A stretch of DNA of 64,000 nt, taken from NCBI GenBank assembly GCA_008632985.1, contig QPGO01000230.1:1-64000 (forward strand). The letters run 5' to 3'. The position numbers and the translations under genes were made by a program. Below are positions 37,663 through 48,854 of the stretch, piece after piece. The stretch comes from Psammoneis japonica (lineage: Eukaryota). The notes below the pieces were generated by a model that saw only the letters and a list, made by a program, of their open reading frames with translations, was not told where the DNA came from and did not search any database. Numbering within the stretch: position 1 is the stretch's first letter; the number at the start of each line of letters is the position of its first letter.

Positions 37663-39423
37663 CTAAAAATCCTTCTCCTTGTCGCGATGGTCGCCAGACC
37701 TCTCTGGTGTTTCATTGTTGTTGGGACGTTTCCGTGCAATGCTCTGTGTGGGTTGGCTTGCCTGCAACAGTTGGACGATCTGATTCATCTGTGACTGCAT
37801 GCCGGACAGTTGTTGTGAGCAGTGGTCCTGTGTGGCCATCATGTCATTCGTGTGCTGAGCAGTGAAAGCATTGTTCAATGCCTCCATGTCCCGAGAATGT
37901 TGTGCACTTGTCTCAGCGAGGGCTTTGTCATGTTTCTCTTGCATTTGGTTCACAGTCTGTTGAACTTCTGCCAACTGTGCTGCAGTGATTGACAAGCTGG
38001 CGGTTGACTGTGTTGCCTCTGCATGCGAGTGCGGGGAAGATGTTGAGCTGCGACATCCTGGAAGGCCACAGGAAGGTGGGGAGAACTGGGGGCAATGAGT
38101 GAAAATGTGAGGAGGCACCGCCAAGCCTTGAGTGGTCCCTCGTCCAGGGTGACCTCTTCCTTCATGCCCACATCCGGCGAGTGGTTTCGAAGCAGGTTGT
38201 GTCAAACTGGGAGCCTGGTTGTCAGTCAACGGAGACACGTTCAAAAATGTGAGAGATTCGAGACTGCGAATGCCAGCCGACACAACAGATTTGCTGGTGT
38301 CGGACAGTTCTTTGAGGACACCTGACACTTGAGGAGGTTCCGAAAACAGGGGAGATGGACAAGATTCTTTCGAAATGGAAGGGATCAAATTCACAACGCA
38401 CGTTGAAATGGCTGCTCAGATGGTTTCGAAATTTTGACGGTCCACGAGAATGGTGTGTCGTCCATCAACAATCGTTGATTTGAACATGTCCTTCATGCCG
38501 GTCAGCGCCTTAAGGTGATTTTCGAAATAAAACATCATGTCCGGGGTGGTGTTCAACAGCGGCACCACGAAGGTGTCTTCGTTGTGACGAGCTTGCGTCT
38601 TGACGGCGTTGTAAAATGCAAGAGGGGAGACATGACAAGTTTTCGCCATCACGACATGAGTCGGGAGTTTGTTTGACGCGCAGAGTGACGCCTTGCCCGC
38701 AGTGCAACATTCTTCACGCAATGCTTTGATGGCAAAGGTTGCTGTCTGAAGCGGGGTGGCAAGTCCATCATTGTCAGCACGGATCAAAGCAGGCACCAAA
38801 CGAAATTGCGGCATTTCAGTGCGGAAGCTGCTGAGGTCACTGATGAACAGTTTGGCAGCTTCGTCGACCGGAGCATGTTCAGTGGATGCAGCAACATGAT
38901 GTGCCGGAGTGGCCGTGTCGATGTCGGACTCGTTCCAGAAATGACGTTTCACACCCATGTTGTTTGAGTCCAAAATGCTCTGGACATGTGGATGGGAACG
39001 GATTTCGTGCAGTGGAGTCTTGGTGAGAATGCGGTGACACAGGCAATGAGTTGCCGGGCGTTTTTCGCCGCTGCAATTTGTCGTGACAACAAAATGTTGT
39101 TCGTGTTGGAGGGAAGCAATCCATTCTGCCACGTTGACATTCGTGACATGGTTGTTGTGGTTGTCAAGAATCTGAACATCCTTGTGGCACGTGAACAAAA
39201 TTTGCTGTAAGACTTGCAAATGGGCGGCAGCAAGAGTCATGGGCTTGCACGACGATTCTTTACCACGAATTTCAAAACGGAGGGTGATCTCTTCTAACTG
39301 ATGCTCTGTCGGCTTGGAAGAAAGCTCAATGGAAGACTGGTCGACAGTGACATCGTCTGCCACAATGGCATCTTTGTTGTGAGTGGGGGTGCGGCTGCCG
39401 TCAGTGACAGAAGAAGACGCCAT
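37663..39423 (-). pseudogene. LINE ORF1
   Basis: ATG in ACCACCATGG context 37 nt inside the 5' end. Two long frames (38416-39423, 37663-38394) with a coiled-coil-like C-terminal part. Confidence 0.7.
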
Positions 39424-39460
39424 GGTGGTTGGCTGTTCCACGGGGAACCTGGCATTAAAA

Positions 39461-42400
39461 TTGTCCAAAGGAGAAAAACAGACACCGGTGACTGTGGGTC
39501 CTGTGGTGCATGCAACAAATCCGCAAAGCATTGTAAGATGGATTCCAAGTCTGTGGGAGAGATTCACCCATCAACCCGACACGGCCACCATTCTCGTGAG
39601 CAACTGGAGAACAAGATGTCAAGCTTGGCAAGCAATTTGAGGAAAGTTAGAAGTGGATTAAAGTCTTTGTGAAAACTCATGCACTCTGACAAGAGCCGGC
39701 TCTACATTGGCTCAAATGATGACCATCTGCGTGATTTGCTGTTTGACTCTGCAAAATGCTGTGAAGACAACAAGAATGATGTCCACAAAAAGATCCTAGA
39801 GTGTGTGGTCAAGCACATTGCAGAAATGGAGGGTGCACTTTTGCCGTCAAAGCAGGTGGAAGCCAAGGCATCACAGATGGTGGATGAGCTGCTGGGCGCC
39901 ATTTGCAACTTTGCCAAGAGAGCCGCAGGAAAACCAAAACAATGCAGCTTCTCTCCCCGACTCATGCGGATGGCCTTGGCTTTGCATGCTGAATCTCCAA
40001 AAGGCTGCAAACACTGGAGTGAGTCTGGAATCATGCCAATGCCTTCTGTGCCACATTTGAAGCGAGTCAAGAAAGCCATGGCACCCAAGGAGGGGACGTT
40101 CCCAAGCATCTGCGGATGGGCTGCAGATGCCTTCACCGGTGGCTGTTGCAAGAAGGTGGTTAGCCAAATTCTTTGTGATCAACTCAAGCTGAGATTTGAC
40201 TTCTACTTCAACCCAATGACCTCTGTCTGCACTGGCGTTGTTGTTGCTCATGACCAAGACAGGATCCAGCTGGCTGATGAGGTTCTGGCGTTGGTGAAGA
40301 AAACTGACAAGGAGGTTGCCAATGTTGAGCCAGAAGACAACCTGGTTGAGCAAGACAGTGCCAAGGACAGCGGCAAGGAGGAGAGCACAAAAGAGGCCAG
40401 CTTCAGCATCTCTCTCTATGCCAACCAGTTTTTTTTTCAGGTGCTCTGAGACAAACAAAACCCACCCACTTGAGTTCTTCTTCAGCAATGGGCAATGATG
40501 GGAGATGAGCTCATGCGCCAGACCAAGCAGACCATCCTTGGGTGTGAGCTTGCTGGGCTTGTTGTGGCTGGCTTTGGGCTTGATGCAGGGGGAAGCAACC
40601 CCAGGTGTGTCAAAATGTTCTGTCTTGGCAAGGTCCCCAAGGACACAGACACTTGGCTTGATGACAGCATGTGCTCATTTGTCAACCCTGCTGACCCAAC
40701 TCAAAGAGTGGGCATCTTCTTTTGCACGGTCCACAATGCAAAAGGATCAAGGAATGCTCTCTTGAGCTCAAGCGAGGTGCCCAACAACTCATCTTTGCCA
40801 AGAAGTTTCAAGCAACATGGCACTCACTTTGGCTGGCCAACGATCAATCGGATTTACAAAAGAGAACAAAAGAAAAGCATCCAAGACACTCCCCTCACTC
40901 GCGAGTCAGAGCAGCCTGACAGGTGGAACAAAATGAATGTGAACTTGGTAAAGCAAGTCCTTCACTCTGACACAATCAATGAGCTCACAAACCACCTGTC
41001 TGAGGAGCTTCAAATTTTCCACCCAGAAGCTCAGTTTGCCAGCAGTGCAGACAAGACCATGGTGCAGACTGTGACCGATTTGAAGGGCCAGTTTGTGAAG
41101 ATTGATGCATCCACTGTGGCCAGCTCTCAGCTGCCTCAATTTGAGACAGCAATGTCAGACGTGATGACTCTTGAGTTTCTCACGCACATGACAAACATCT
41201 ACACAGAAATGTTCATGAACAGGTTTGCACGAATCACCCCCAAGAACATTCAGAAGTGGAAGGACAAGGTGGCAGTGACACTTGAGTGCCTTCGTGATTG
41301 GTGCGCAGAGCAACTGAAGGGCAAAGAGGAGCTAAAGTTGAAAGACTCTAAGTCTAAAGAGTGGCAAAAGTGGTTTCCATCAAGTCAAACTTGTCACGCA
41401 CTGCGTGTGAGTGTTTGCGGTTTCATGGTTCATGCAGAAACTGTGTGGAAGGTGGCGGGAGACAGGGTTTTCATCCCATTCTTGCACTCCAACACCAGCA
41501 TTCTGGAAGCACTGTTTTCCCTTGTCTGGCAACACAAAGGTGACACGCCACTGAGCCACCCAAGCACAACAGGAATTGTGGACTCGCAAAAGGCATTTGC
41601 AGCCTTGGATGGAAATCCCATGTGCGACAGCGAAGACATCACCAGAGCCGAGTCGACGGGCGACGACCTCACCAATCACACAGACAAACAAAGACACGCC
41701 ACGGTGAACCAATGGCTGCAGGATCGGAATGCCAGGAACTCAACTCACACCCTGGATTTGTCCACTGGACAACAAATCGAAACAAACAAATCAAAAGGCA
41801 GTCAAGGCGCAAAGTTGGTGCTGGACAGAATGAACATGGAAAGCAGGGTGTGGTGCGACGACATGATGTTGAGCGACATTGACTTCATGGAGTGTGCCAA
41901 GTTGGCAGTTGGCACTGAAGAAGAACGTTGCTTTCAAGCACTGTGTTGACTGAACAAAGCTGAACAAAAAGCCTTCCATGAAGCCTGTCAGTGCCTTTGG
42001 GGAGAGATGGAAAAAGGATGCGAGAAGTTTGGAAGGCGTGGAGTTGAGCGGTCCTTCATGGTTCAAGTGTGCAAATTACAAACAGACATGGAAAGGATGG
42101 GCACTTGCCATTCCAGGCTCCCAAACACTCTGAAGGCAGAAACGGCAGAAGATGGCAAGCCCAAAAAGCTGTTGGTGTTCCACATCCTGATTGTTGACTT
42201 CGTCACCTCTTGGTTTGCAGAAGAATTTGTGCGAACTCTGGATGATGCCATGGAGGATGGAATCTTCCAAGAACCCAGAAGCATTGATGAAGCAGTCAAG
42301 AAAGCCATGGCAAAAGACAACAAGAAATGGGGAGCAATTGCCTCATCTGCAAATGCCATTTCTCAGGAGGACGCAAAAAAGGAGGTGACATGGTTCCCAG

Positions 42401-43000
42401 GCTGGGCAATGGCGAACGCACGCAATCATTTTGAAGCAGACTCTGAGAGTGGAAAGAAAGCAGCAGCAATGCTTGATGAGATGGTGATGGACAAAATGGA
42501 GTTGAGAAATGCAGCGCCATCCATTCGAGAAATGGTGTGTCCCAAGACACTCAAGCTCAAAGATGAGTCTCGCGGCCGCGCCGGAAAAGAGGATTGCACA
42601 TTGGTGTCCCCCAAGTTTTTTGCATTCGGGTTGCGATTGCTTGCTGCAATTCGCGGTTGCTTCAATGAAGCCACAACAAAGAAGCTGGGGGAGGATGGTG
42701 CAACTGCAGCATGCGACAAACTTGCAGACGAGGCCATGGAATTGCTGTGGAACGACTTCGCAGAGTCGATTCCTGATGCAGTGTATGATGCTGCAAGCGA
42801 TGATGAAGCTGTGCAGCAACTGTTCATTTGCATTGTCCAAAAAACATTTGTGGCTCAAGCATCACGAGTGGTTGACTCATTTCGGGAGGAACACACAAGC
42901 AGACATGCATCGAAAGTGGTGGATGCTGCATTGCGGGAGGGATTGAAAGTCGTGGCAAAAAGGGGAAACAAAAAAGACGATGTCAGCAAAGAAGAACAAA
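39461..43000 (+). pseudogene. P-element/THAP9-like transposase core and C-terminus
   Basis: FSPRLMRMALALHAESP...MPS, LCDQLKL, GLDAGGSN, CTVHNAKGSRN, KMNVNLVKQV, NTSILEALFS. Frameshift at about 40440 and stops at about 39670 and 41947. Confidence 0.85.
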
Positions 43001-43194
43001 TGATGACAACAATGCACAGTTCAATCTTACCTTGCCATTCATTGTTGCACATTAAGAAGCAACAAACGGCTGTCCAAACCATGCCACAGCTCATCCGCAA
43101 GAACAGCACAATGCCACGGATGCCTGCTCACGACCACAAATGCACAAGACAGCCCACTCCGCTTCAAATGGGTGCCTTGATGTTTCCTTTGGCA

Positions 43195-43575
43195 ATTGCA
43201 CAAGCAGCAGACAGCAGAGTCTGTGAGAACATTTCCTTGGCATGCAGCTGTGCTGTCCAAGCAACAAATCATGAACAGCACAGAAGACGAGCTCGCTCGT
43301 GGGAAAAACGCACCATTTTGTTTTGCCAAAACGCGATGGATGCGACCAAGCCAGTTCGTGTTCAATCAACCAGCAGTTGTGTCCTGTGGCAATGATGCAA
43401 GAAATGGACAACAGAGTCCATGAGAGCATTTCATTGACACGCAGCTCCAATCCACAAACCACAGAAAGCAGAGAAGACGAGCTCGCTGACAAAACATGCG
43501 CGCCATTTTGCTTTGCCGAAATGATGGATGTGACCAAGTCAATTCGCACTCAAGCAACTGACAGTTGTGAGAATG
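43195..43575. repeat. Diverged tandem repeat of about 195 bp inside the P element
   Basis: Shared blocks CAGAGTC..TGAGA.CATTTC and GAAGACGAGCTCGCT...CCATTTTG...GATGGATG.GACCAAG occur twice. Confidence 0.6.
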
Positions 43576-43838
43576 CAGGACCCCTTTGACACGTTGTCAC
43601 TTGGGACATGTTTGACACTGGGAAGGCACAATTGCCGGGGAACGTTCATCCTGAGAGACGCTGTTGCTGAAATGCATGACGGCAAACACAAAGAAAAAAA
43701 GATGAAGGTGTGAGTGTAAACAGTGAATTTTCTCCATTGCCCAGAGTGCTGCTGATCTTTGCTCACCATCACAAATGAGGCAGATGCAATGGATTGGATG
43801 CGAAGCATTGGGTTGAGGTGCCACTGCTCTTCCATGGA

Positions 43839-44810
43839 CACAGAGCTGTCTGCAGTCCTCTCGATGAGTCGTGCTGTTGTGTGAGATTTTGGCGATGGAA
43901 CCGCTTTCCGCTCCACAAAAATTCTTAGAGGCACAGCACGTCGTGACAGGCGGAAGCACCAGCGTGATCCACCTCATCGTTTTGTCGTTCGTTCGTGCAT
44001 GCGCTGAGTGTGCGAATGCGTGTGTGCGAACGACAACAGACTGTTCATGCACCTCTGCCCTCGTTGTTGTTTCGAAGTTTGCATTCGTGACATCATTCGT
44101 GATTCTGTGTCATTGGTTGGGGAAACTGCCTGCTGGCCAGCAGTGCGTGCGCGTGAGAAGTTTACGTGATTCGTGCGTCGTACGTCATGTGCACGCACGC
44201 ACGCAAGATGCAAGCCACACAGCAAAACGAAGCCTTGATGTCATCATTTGTCTTGTCTTTAAATCATTTTTTCGATCTTTTTGACCGAGCTTTTCTCGCT
44301 CTCTCTCGCTCTGCCCAGCTCCAGCACAGAGCTGTCTGCAGTCCTCTCGATGAGTCGTGCTGTTGTGTGAGATTTTGGCGATGGAACCGCTTTCCGCTCC
44401 ACAAAAATTCTTAGAGGCACAGCACGTCGTGACAGGCGGAAGCACCAGCATGATCCACCTCATCGTTTTGTCGTTCGTTCGTGCGCGCGCTGAGTGCGCG
44501 AATGCGCGTGTGCGAACGACAACAGACGATTTATGCACCTCTGCCCTCGTTGTTGTTTCGAAGTTTGCATTCGTGACATCATTCGTGATTCTGTGTCATT
44601 GGTTAGGGAAACTACCTGCTAGCTAGCAGTGCGCGCGCGTGAGAAGTTCACGTGATTCGTGCGTCATACGTTATGCGCACGCACGCACGCAAGACGCAAG
44701 CCACATAGTAAAACGAAGCCTTGACGTCATTATTTGTCTTGTCTTTAAATCATTTTTTCGATCTTTTTGACCGAACTTTTCTCGCTCTCTCTCGCTCTAC
44801 CTAGCTCTAG
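43839..44810. repeat. 486-bp tandem duplication covering the right P-element end, TSD and flank
   Basis: Copies 43839-44324 and 44325-44810, differing mainly at TA and CG sites. Confidence 0.95.
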
Positions 44811-45465
44811 TAGGGCCCTAATATGGTATCTCGTGAAACCGAAAAACCACCGAGAGCAGAGAGTAGTAGTGCAACCCCGACAGGCCATAGCGGTATAGGT
44901 TGGCATTGTCTTTGATTCCCACAGCGAACAACAGAAGTCAATGTCTATTCAATAATCTAAAGTGTCGTTAAAACTATGACAAATCGATGGAACGATGTGA
45001 GAATCATTTCAACAAGTCACTCTCGTTCTGGAAGAGCCATGCAAAAACCACAAGGAACGACTCCATGCTTCATGCTTCATTTGCATTACCTGCAATGGTG
45101 TTCCAGCGCATGATGAACAATCCGGCCTTATTGCGTAGCAATGAGAATGCTTTCTTTCTCTCCAACAACATCCGTGTTGCGGTCGCATGCGCTCCGTCCC
45201 CACCGACGAACGAACAAATGTCACGTAGAAACTTTACTGAGTTTAACGCGACCCGAAGCCGAGTGTCAGGGTTACTTGTCTCGAAGCAGCGGTTCGCATC
45301 ACACACAAAACGAAACGACAAACTCACTGTGATGCATGAACAGCAAAAGAAGGCAAGTACCAGGAGCAGTCATTGCTATTACGAGGTATCAATGTCTCGG
45401 ATTTGACTTTGGCTAACAGTGTTTGTGCTCTGATCTTTTTTCTGTTTAGGAATTGAGCAGAAAGA

Positions 45466-47991
45466 ATGTTCAACAACAAAAAGAACGACTCAGACCACTC
45501 CACTGGTTCTTGGGTAGAGTTTTCCAGTAGCATCAAATGGCACACTACTGGTACTACCAACAACCGAGAAGAATGTGCAGCATCTGTACCAGACCCTCCC
45601 ACTTCTTCCATGGAACAACCTCGTACCACCGAAGAAAAGAAGTGGAAGAAGAACATTAAGAAGGCGTTTCCCTCGATCAAGAGGAAGGCTGCTACAAGGA
45701 CGTCTCCTCCACGTGATGAGGAACAGGAAGCTACCACTGCTAATGTTGCTGAGCGTGATGGTGAACAGTATGCTCATCCTGAAGCCTTTCGCGTGCCTGG
45801 AGTAGACCAAGATGTGGAATCCCCGGACGATGGTGCTGATCACTCACCCGGAGCGCACGCCGTTCCTGGAACTCATGGTGATGCCATAAGCCATGGATTT
45901 TCTTCAGAGGAAGTATCCATGATGCCAGGAGCTGTCGGGGGCGTTCATCAAGGGCAGGACTTTTCGATCAATCTCGTATCGGCCCATTTGGTGGATACAG
46001 AAGAAGAGGCGCGCCGAATACAGCAGCTCGAAGAGCAGAACCGCATCTTACAAGAGCGCGAAGAGAATGTTGCAATTGCTAAAGTTGTTGGCAAGGGCGT
46101 AATCCTCAAGAAGTTCTTCAACCTACGCGATCCCGAGTTTCGACGCCAACGACTTTTCTGTATTGGCCTTCTTGCGCTTGTGGCGGCTGCCATTGCTCTC
46201 TCTGTCGTTCTCACCCGGGACGACAACCCTACTGGACCCGTGCCAGTTTCTACGCCACCTCCGACTCCAGAGCCCACCACAGTACCCCACAAAGAGTTGA
46301 GTGAGTTTCTCTCGCGGATCTCTTTCGACAATGGGACTTCGCTCTTCAATCAATCAACGCCTCAATACCAGGCTGTCAAGTGGCTCGCAAACAGCAGCAA
46401 CTTTGAGGACTACGAGCAGATACAGATTGTCCAGCGTTATGCTTTGGCTACACTTTACTTCAGTACCAACGGACATAACTGGACAAAAAGCGATCTGTGG
46501 TTAGACGACGGTCCTGAATGTGGGCGGTGGTGGCAAGCCAAGGGAACAATGAATCTTCTGTGTACAGAAGAAGGTGCAGTTTCATCCATCGAACTCAATG
46601 ACAATGGTTTGAAAGGGACGATTCCTCCGGAGCTTGCGTTTCTTTCGAATTCGATTGAACGAATCAGCTTTTCGGGGAACGCCATGACAGGCGCAATTCC
46701 TACAGAGCTTGCGCTGCTGAGTCTGGTGTCGAATCTAGATTTCGATAACAACAGATTGAGTGGCACCATCCCTTCGGAGCTTGGACTCCTGACAAATTTG
46801 TACTTTCTTGGAATGGTGCGGAATGAATTTACAGGCTCTATTCCAACAGAATTATTTCTCTTGACGAATCTATGTAAGCGTGATTGCTACGTGTATGATC
46901 TTCTTTTGTGCCAATTGTCCTGCTGATGCCTGGTTGACGTACGTTTGAGCAGCGACACTAAGGCTCGGAAGCGGTCTACAAGGCACAATCTCGGCTGATA
47001 TAAGCGCCCTTTCCAGATTGAGTAAGTTTCAACAGAGGTTATATTGGAGTCGTGAAGGTTACTGTTGAGGTGTTGTTCTATTTCTAACTCTACACGACGA
47101 CTTATCTTCGTTTCTGATCCGACCAGCCAAATTGGACATATACGAGAATAAACTCTCTGGAACAATCCCGTCCACCATCGGTCTCTTGGCGCGCTTGACT
47201 GACCTTTCGTTTTGGGAAAATCAACTGTCTGGAACGATCCCATCAACCTTGGGTCTTTTGACCTCTTTAGGTAATAGCAGGTTTTTTGAATCCAATCTCG
47301 AGTTACTGCCTGCAAGAACCAGCGACTTAATCATTCGCTTGTTTCTCTTCGTCGGACACAGTTCTTCTATACCTTGAAGGCAATCGTCTTGTTGGGAAAA
47401 TTCCAAGTGAGATTCAGAATTTGACAAACTTGAAAAAGTTGTGGTTCCGTCATAACTATCTTTCTGGGACAATCCCCTCTACCATCGGCCTCCAATCGAA
47501 CTTGGGTGAGTTTCACTGTCAGTTTTCCGTGGTTTGTCACTGTTGAAGATGCATTTCATAGCTGCATTTTTTTTGTTTCATCTTGTACAGAGGAGCTCCT
47601 TCTCAATGGAAATAACTTTACAAGCTCCATTCCGAGTGAGCTTGGTGAGCTGTCTAACGTCAAGCTTTTTCTCCTCGGAGCAAACCTTCTCAATCGAACA
47701 ATCCCTTCGGAACTTGGTCTCCTGACTAACGCTCAAATGTTTTTCTTGAATCGAAACTCACTCACTGGCCCTATCCCCAACGAAATTGGAGGGCTGTCAA
47801 ATTTAATACATCTTTCTCTCCTCAAGAATGAGTTGACTGGTACCATTCCTTCTGGTATTCATAACATGACTAACCTTGAAACTCTGTGGCTCTATGACAA
47901 CAACCTCACCGGTCCATTCACCTGCCCCGAGGACGTTGAGAGCTGCAAAATCTCTTGTGAATCCGTTGACGAAGCTTGCCGTGTTCTCTAG
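45466..47991 (+). CDS. Type II membrane leucine-rich-repeat protein (no kinase domain), 5 coding exons
   Basis: Exons 45466-46873, 46953-47021, 47127-47270, 47362-47505 and 47591-47991 with GT-AG phase-1 introns that join in frame. PGA-motif N-terminus, TM helix CIGLLALVAAAIALSVVL, Pro/Thr linker, QRYALATLYFSTNG cap and LxGxIPxEL repeats. Confidence 0.9.
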
Positions 47992-48145
47992 CTCGGAAGG
48001 ATATGAAGAATTGCATATATTACGCGTGGTAACGAGTCCATTGGGTGTACCTGAGCTGTGCGGTGCGACAAGTTCTGCTCTACCGGAGGTGCGAAACCTC
48101 CTCTTTCGCGCGGCAAGAAGGGCACTACTAGGGCCCTACTACTAG

Positions 48146-48806
48146 CTACTAGATTCTTTTCTTACTAAATAGAACACATACCTTTCTTCGAATGAATTCA
48201 TCGTTACTCCACCTCAAGAAGGGCATGAGATTGTGTCCTTACCCAGGATGAGTTTTGCGCGAATACAAAAGATTTCTCGATGATTGGATTCTCAACTAGC
48301 TAGATTCTTTTCTTTTACAGGATTGGTCTTACATGGAACACATATCTTTATTCTAATAAATTCATCGTCACTCCGTCTCAAGAAGGGCATGAGATTCTTT
48401 ACTTACACAGGATAAGTTTTGCACGGAGTACAAAAGATTTCTCGATGATTGGATTCTCAACTACTGTACTGGAATGGGAAGCTGAAAAACGTGTTGCCGT
48501 TTCTATTTTTCTTTAAAATCAACAAGTACGCGCGAATACAAAAGATTTCTCGATGATTGGATTCTCAACTAGTAGCTAGATTCTTTTCTTACAGGATTGG
48601 TCTTACATGGAACACATATCTTTATTCTAATAAATTCATCGTCACTCCGTCTCAAGAAGGGCATGAGATCATTTACTTACACAGTATAAGTTTTGCACGG
48701 AGTACAAAAGATTTCTCGATGATTGGATTCTCAACTACTGTACTGGAATGGGAAGCTGAAAAACGTGTTGTTATTTCTATTTTTCTTTTTAAAATCAACA
48801 AGTACG
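48146..48806. repeat. Nested tandem duplications between the convergent gene 3' ends (older unit of about 150-170 bp, younger unit of about 273 bp)
   Basis: TACAAAAGATTTCTCGATGATTGGATTCTCAACTA occurs four times. 48257-48529 is nearly identical to 48530-48806. Confidence 0.85.
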
Positions 48807-48854
48807 GTGACTCTGACCCGCTAGTTTCAATCTGAACTCGTTGTCTTGGACTAA

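Larger units (their letters stand above)
31502..39460 (-). mobile_element. Full-length non-LTR retrotransposon (APE-RT-RNase H-CCHC; Ambal-like by domain content)
   Basis: 20-bp TSD TTGTCCAAAGGAGAAAAACA at 31482-31501 and 39461-39480. ORF1 and ORF2 are on the minus strand. Confidence 0.9.
18284..44057 (+). mobile_element. P-superfamily DNA transposon with nested insertions
   Basis: TIR CAGAGGTGCACAAATCGTCTGTTGTCG at 18284-18310, inverted at 44031-44057 (the duplicated end 44517-44543 matches 26/27). 8-bp TSD CCCTCGTT at 18276-18283 and 44058-44065. P-type transposase inside. Confidence 0.9.

Noticed and set aside
19041..39460. ADAR-type editing of retroelement RNA as the cause of A->G changes
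   Set aside because: Both A->G and T->C occur on the same strand, DNA transposons are affected, and the LTRs diverged after insertion.
1..44790. Alternative genetic code or classical RIP as the explanation for missing Tyr
   Set aside because: Neighbouring genes use TAY and TAG normally, and non-coding DNA is equally affected. RIP would increase TA, not remove it.
44987..45406. 139-aa ORF as a first coding exon of the LRR gene
   Set aside because: The candidate intron 45386-45449 joins it out of frame, and an in-frame TGA precedes ATG 45466. At most a 5' UTR intron or uORF.
48257..48806. Four copies of a 35-bp repeat resembling a CRISPR array
   Set aside because: The intervening sequences are themselves duplicated, so this is nested tandem duplication.
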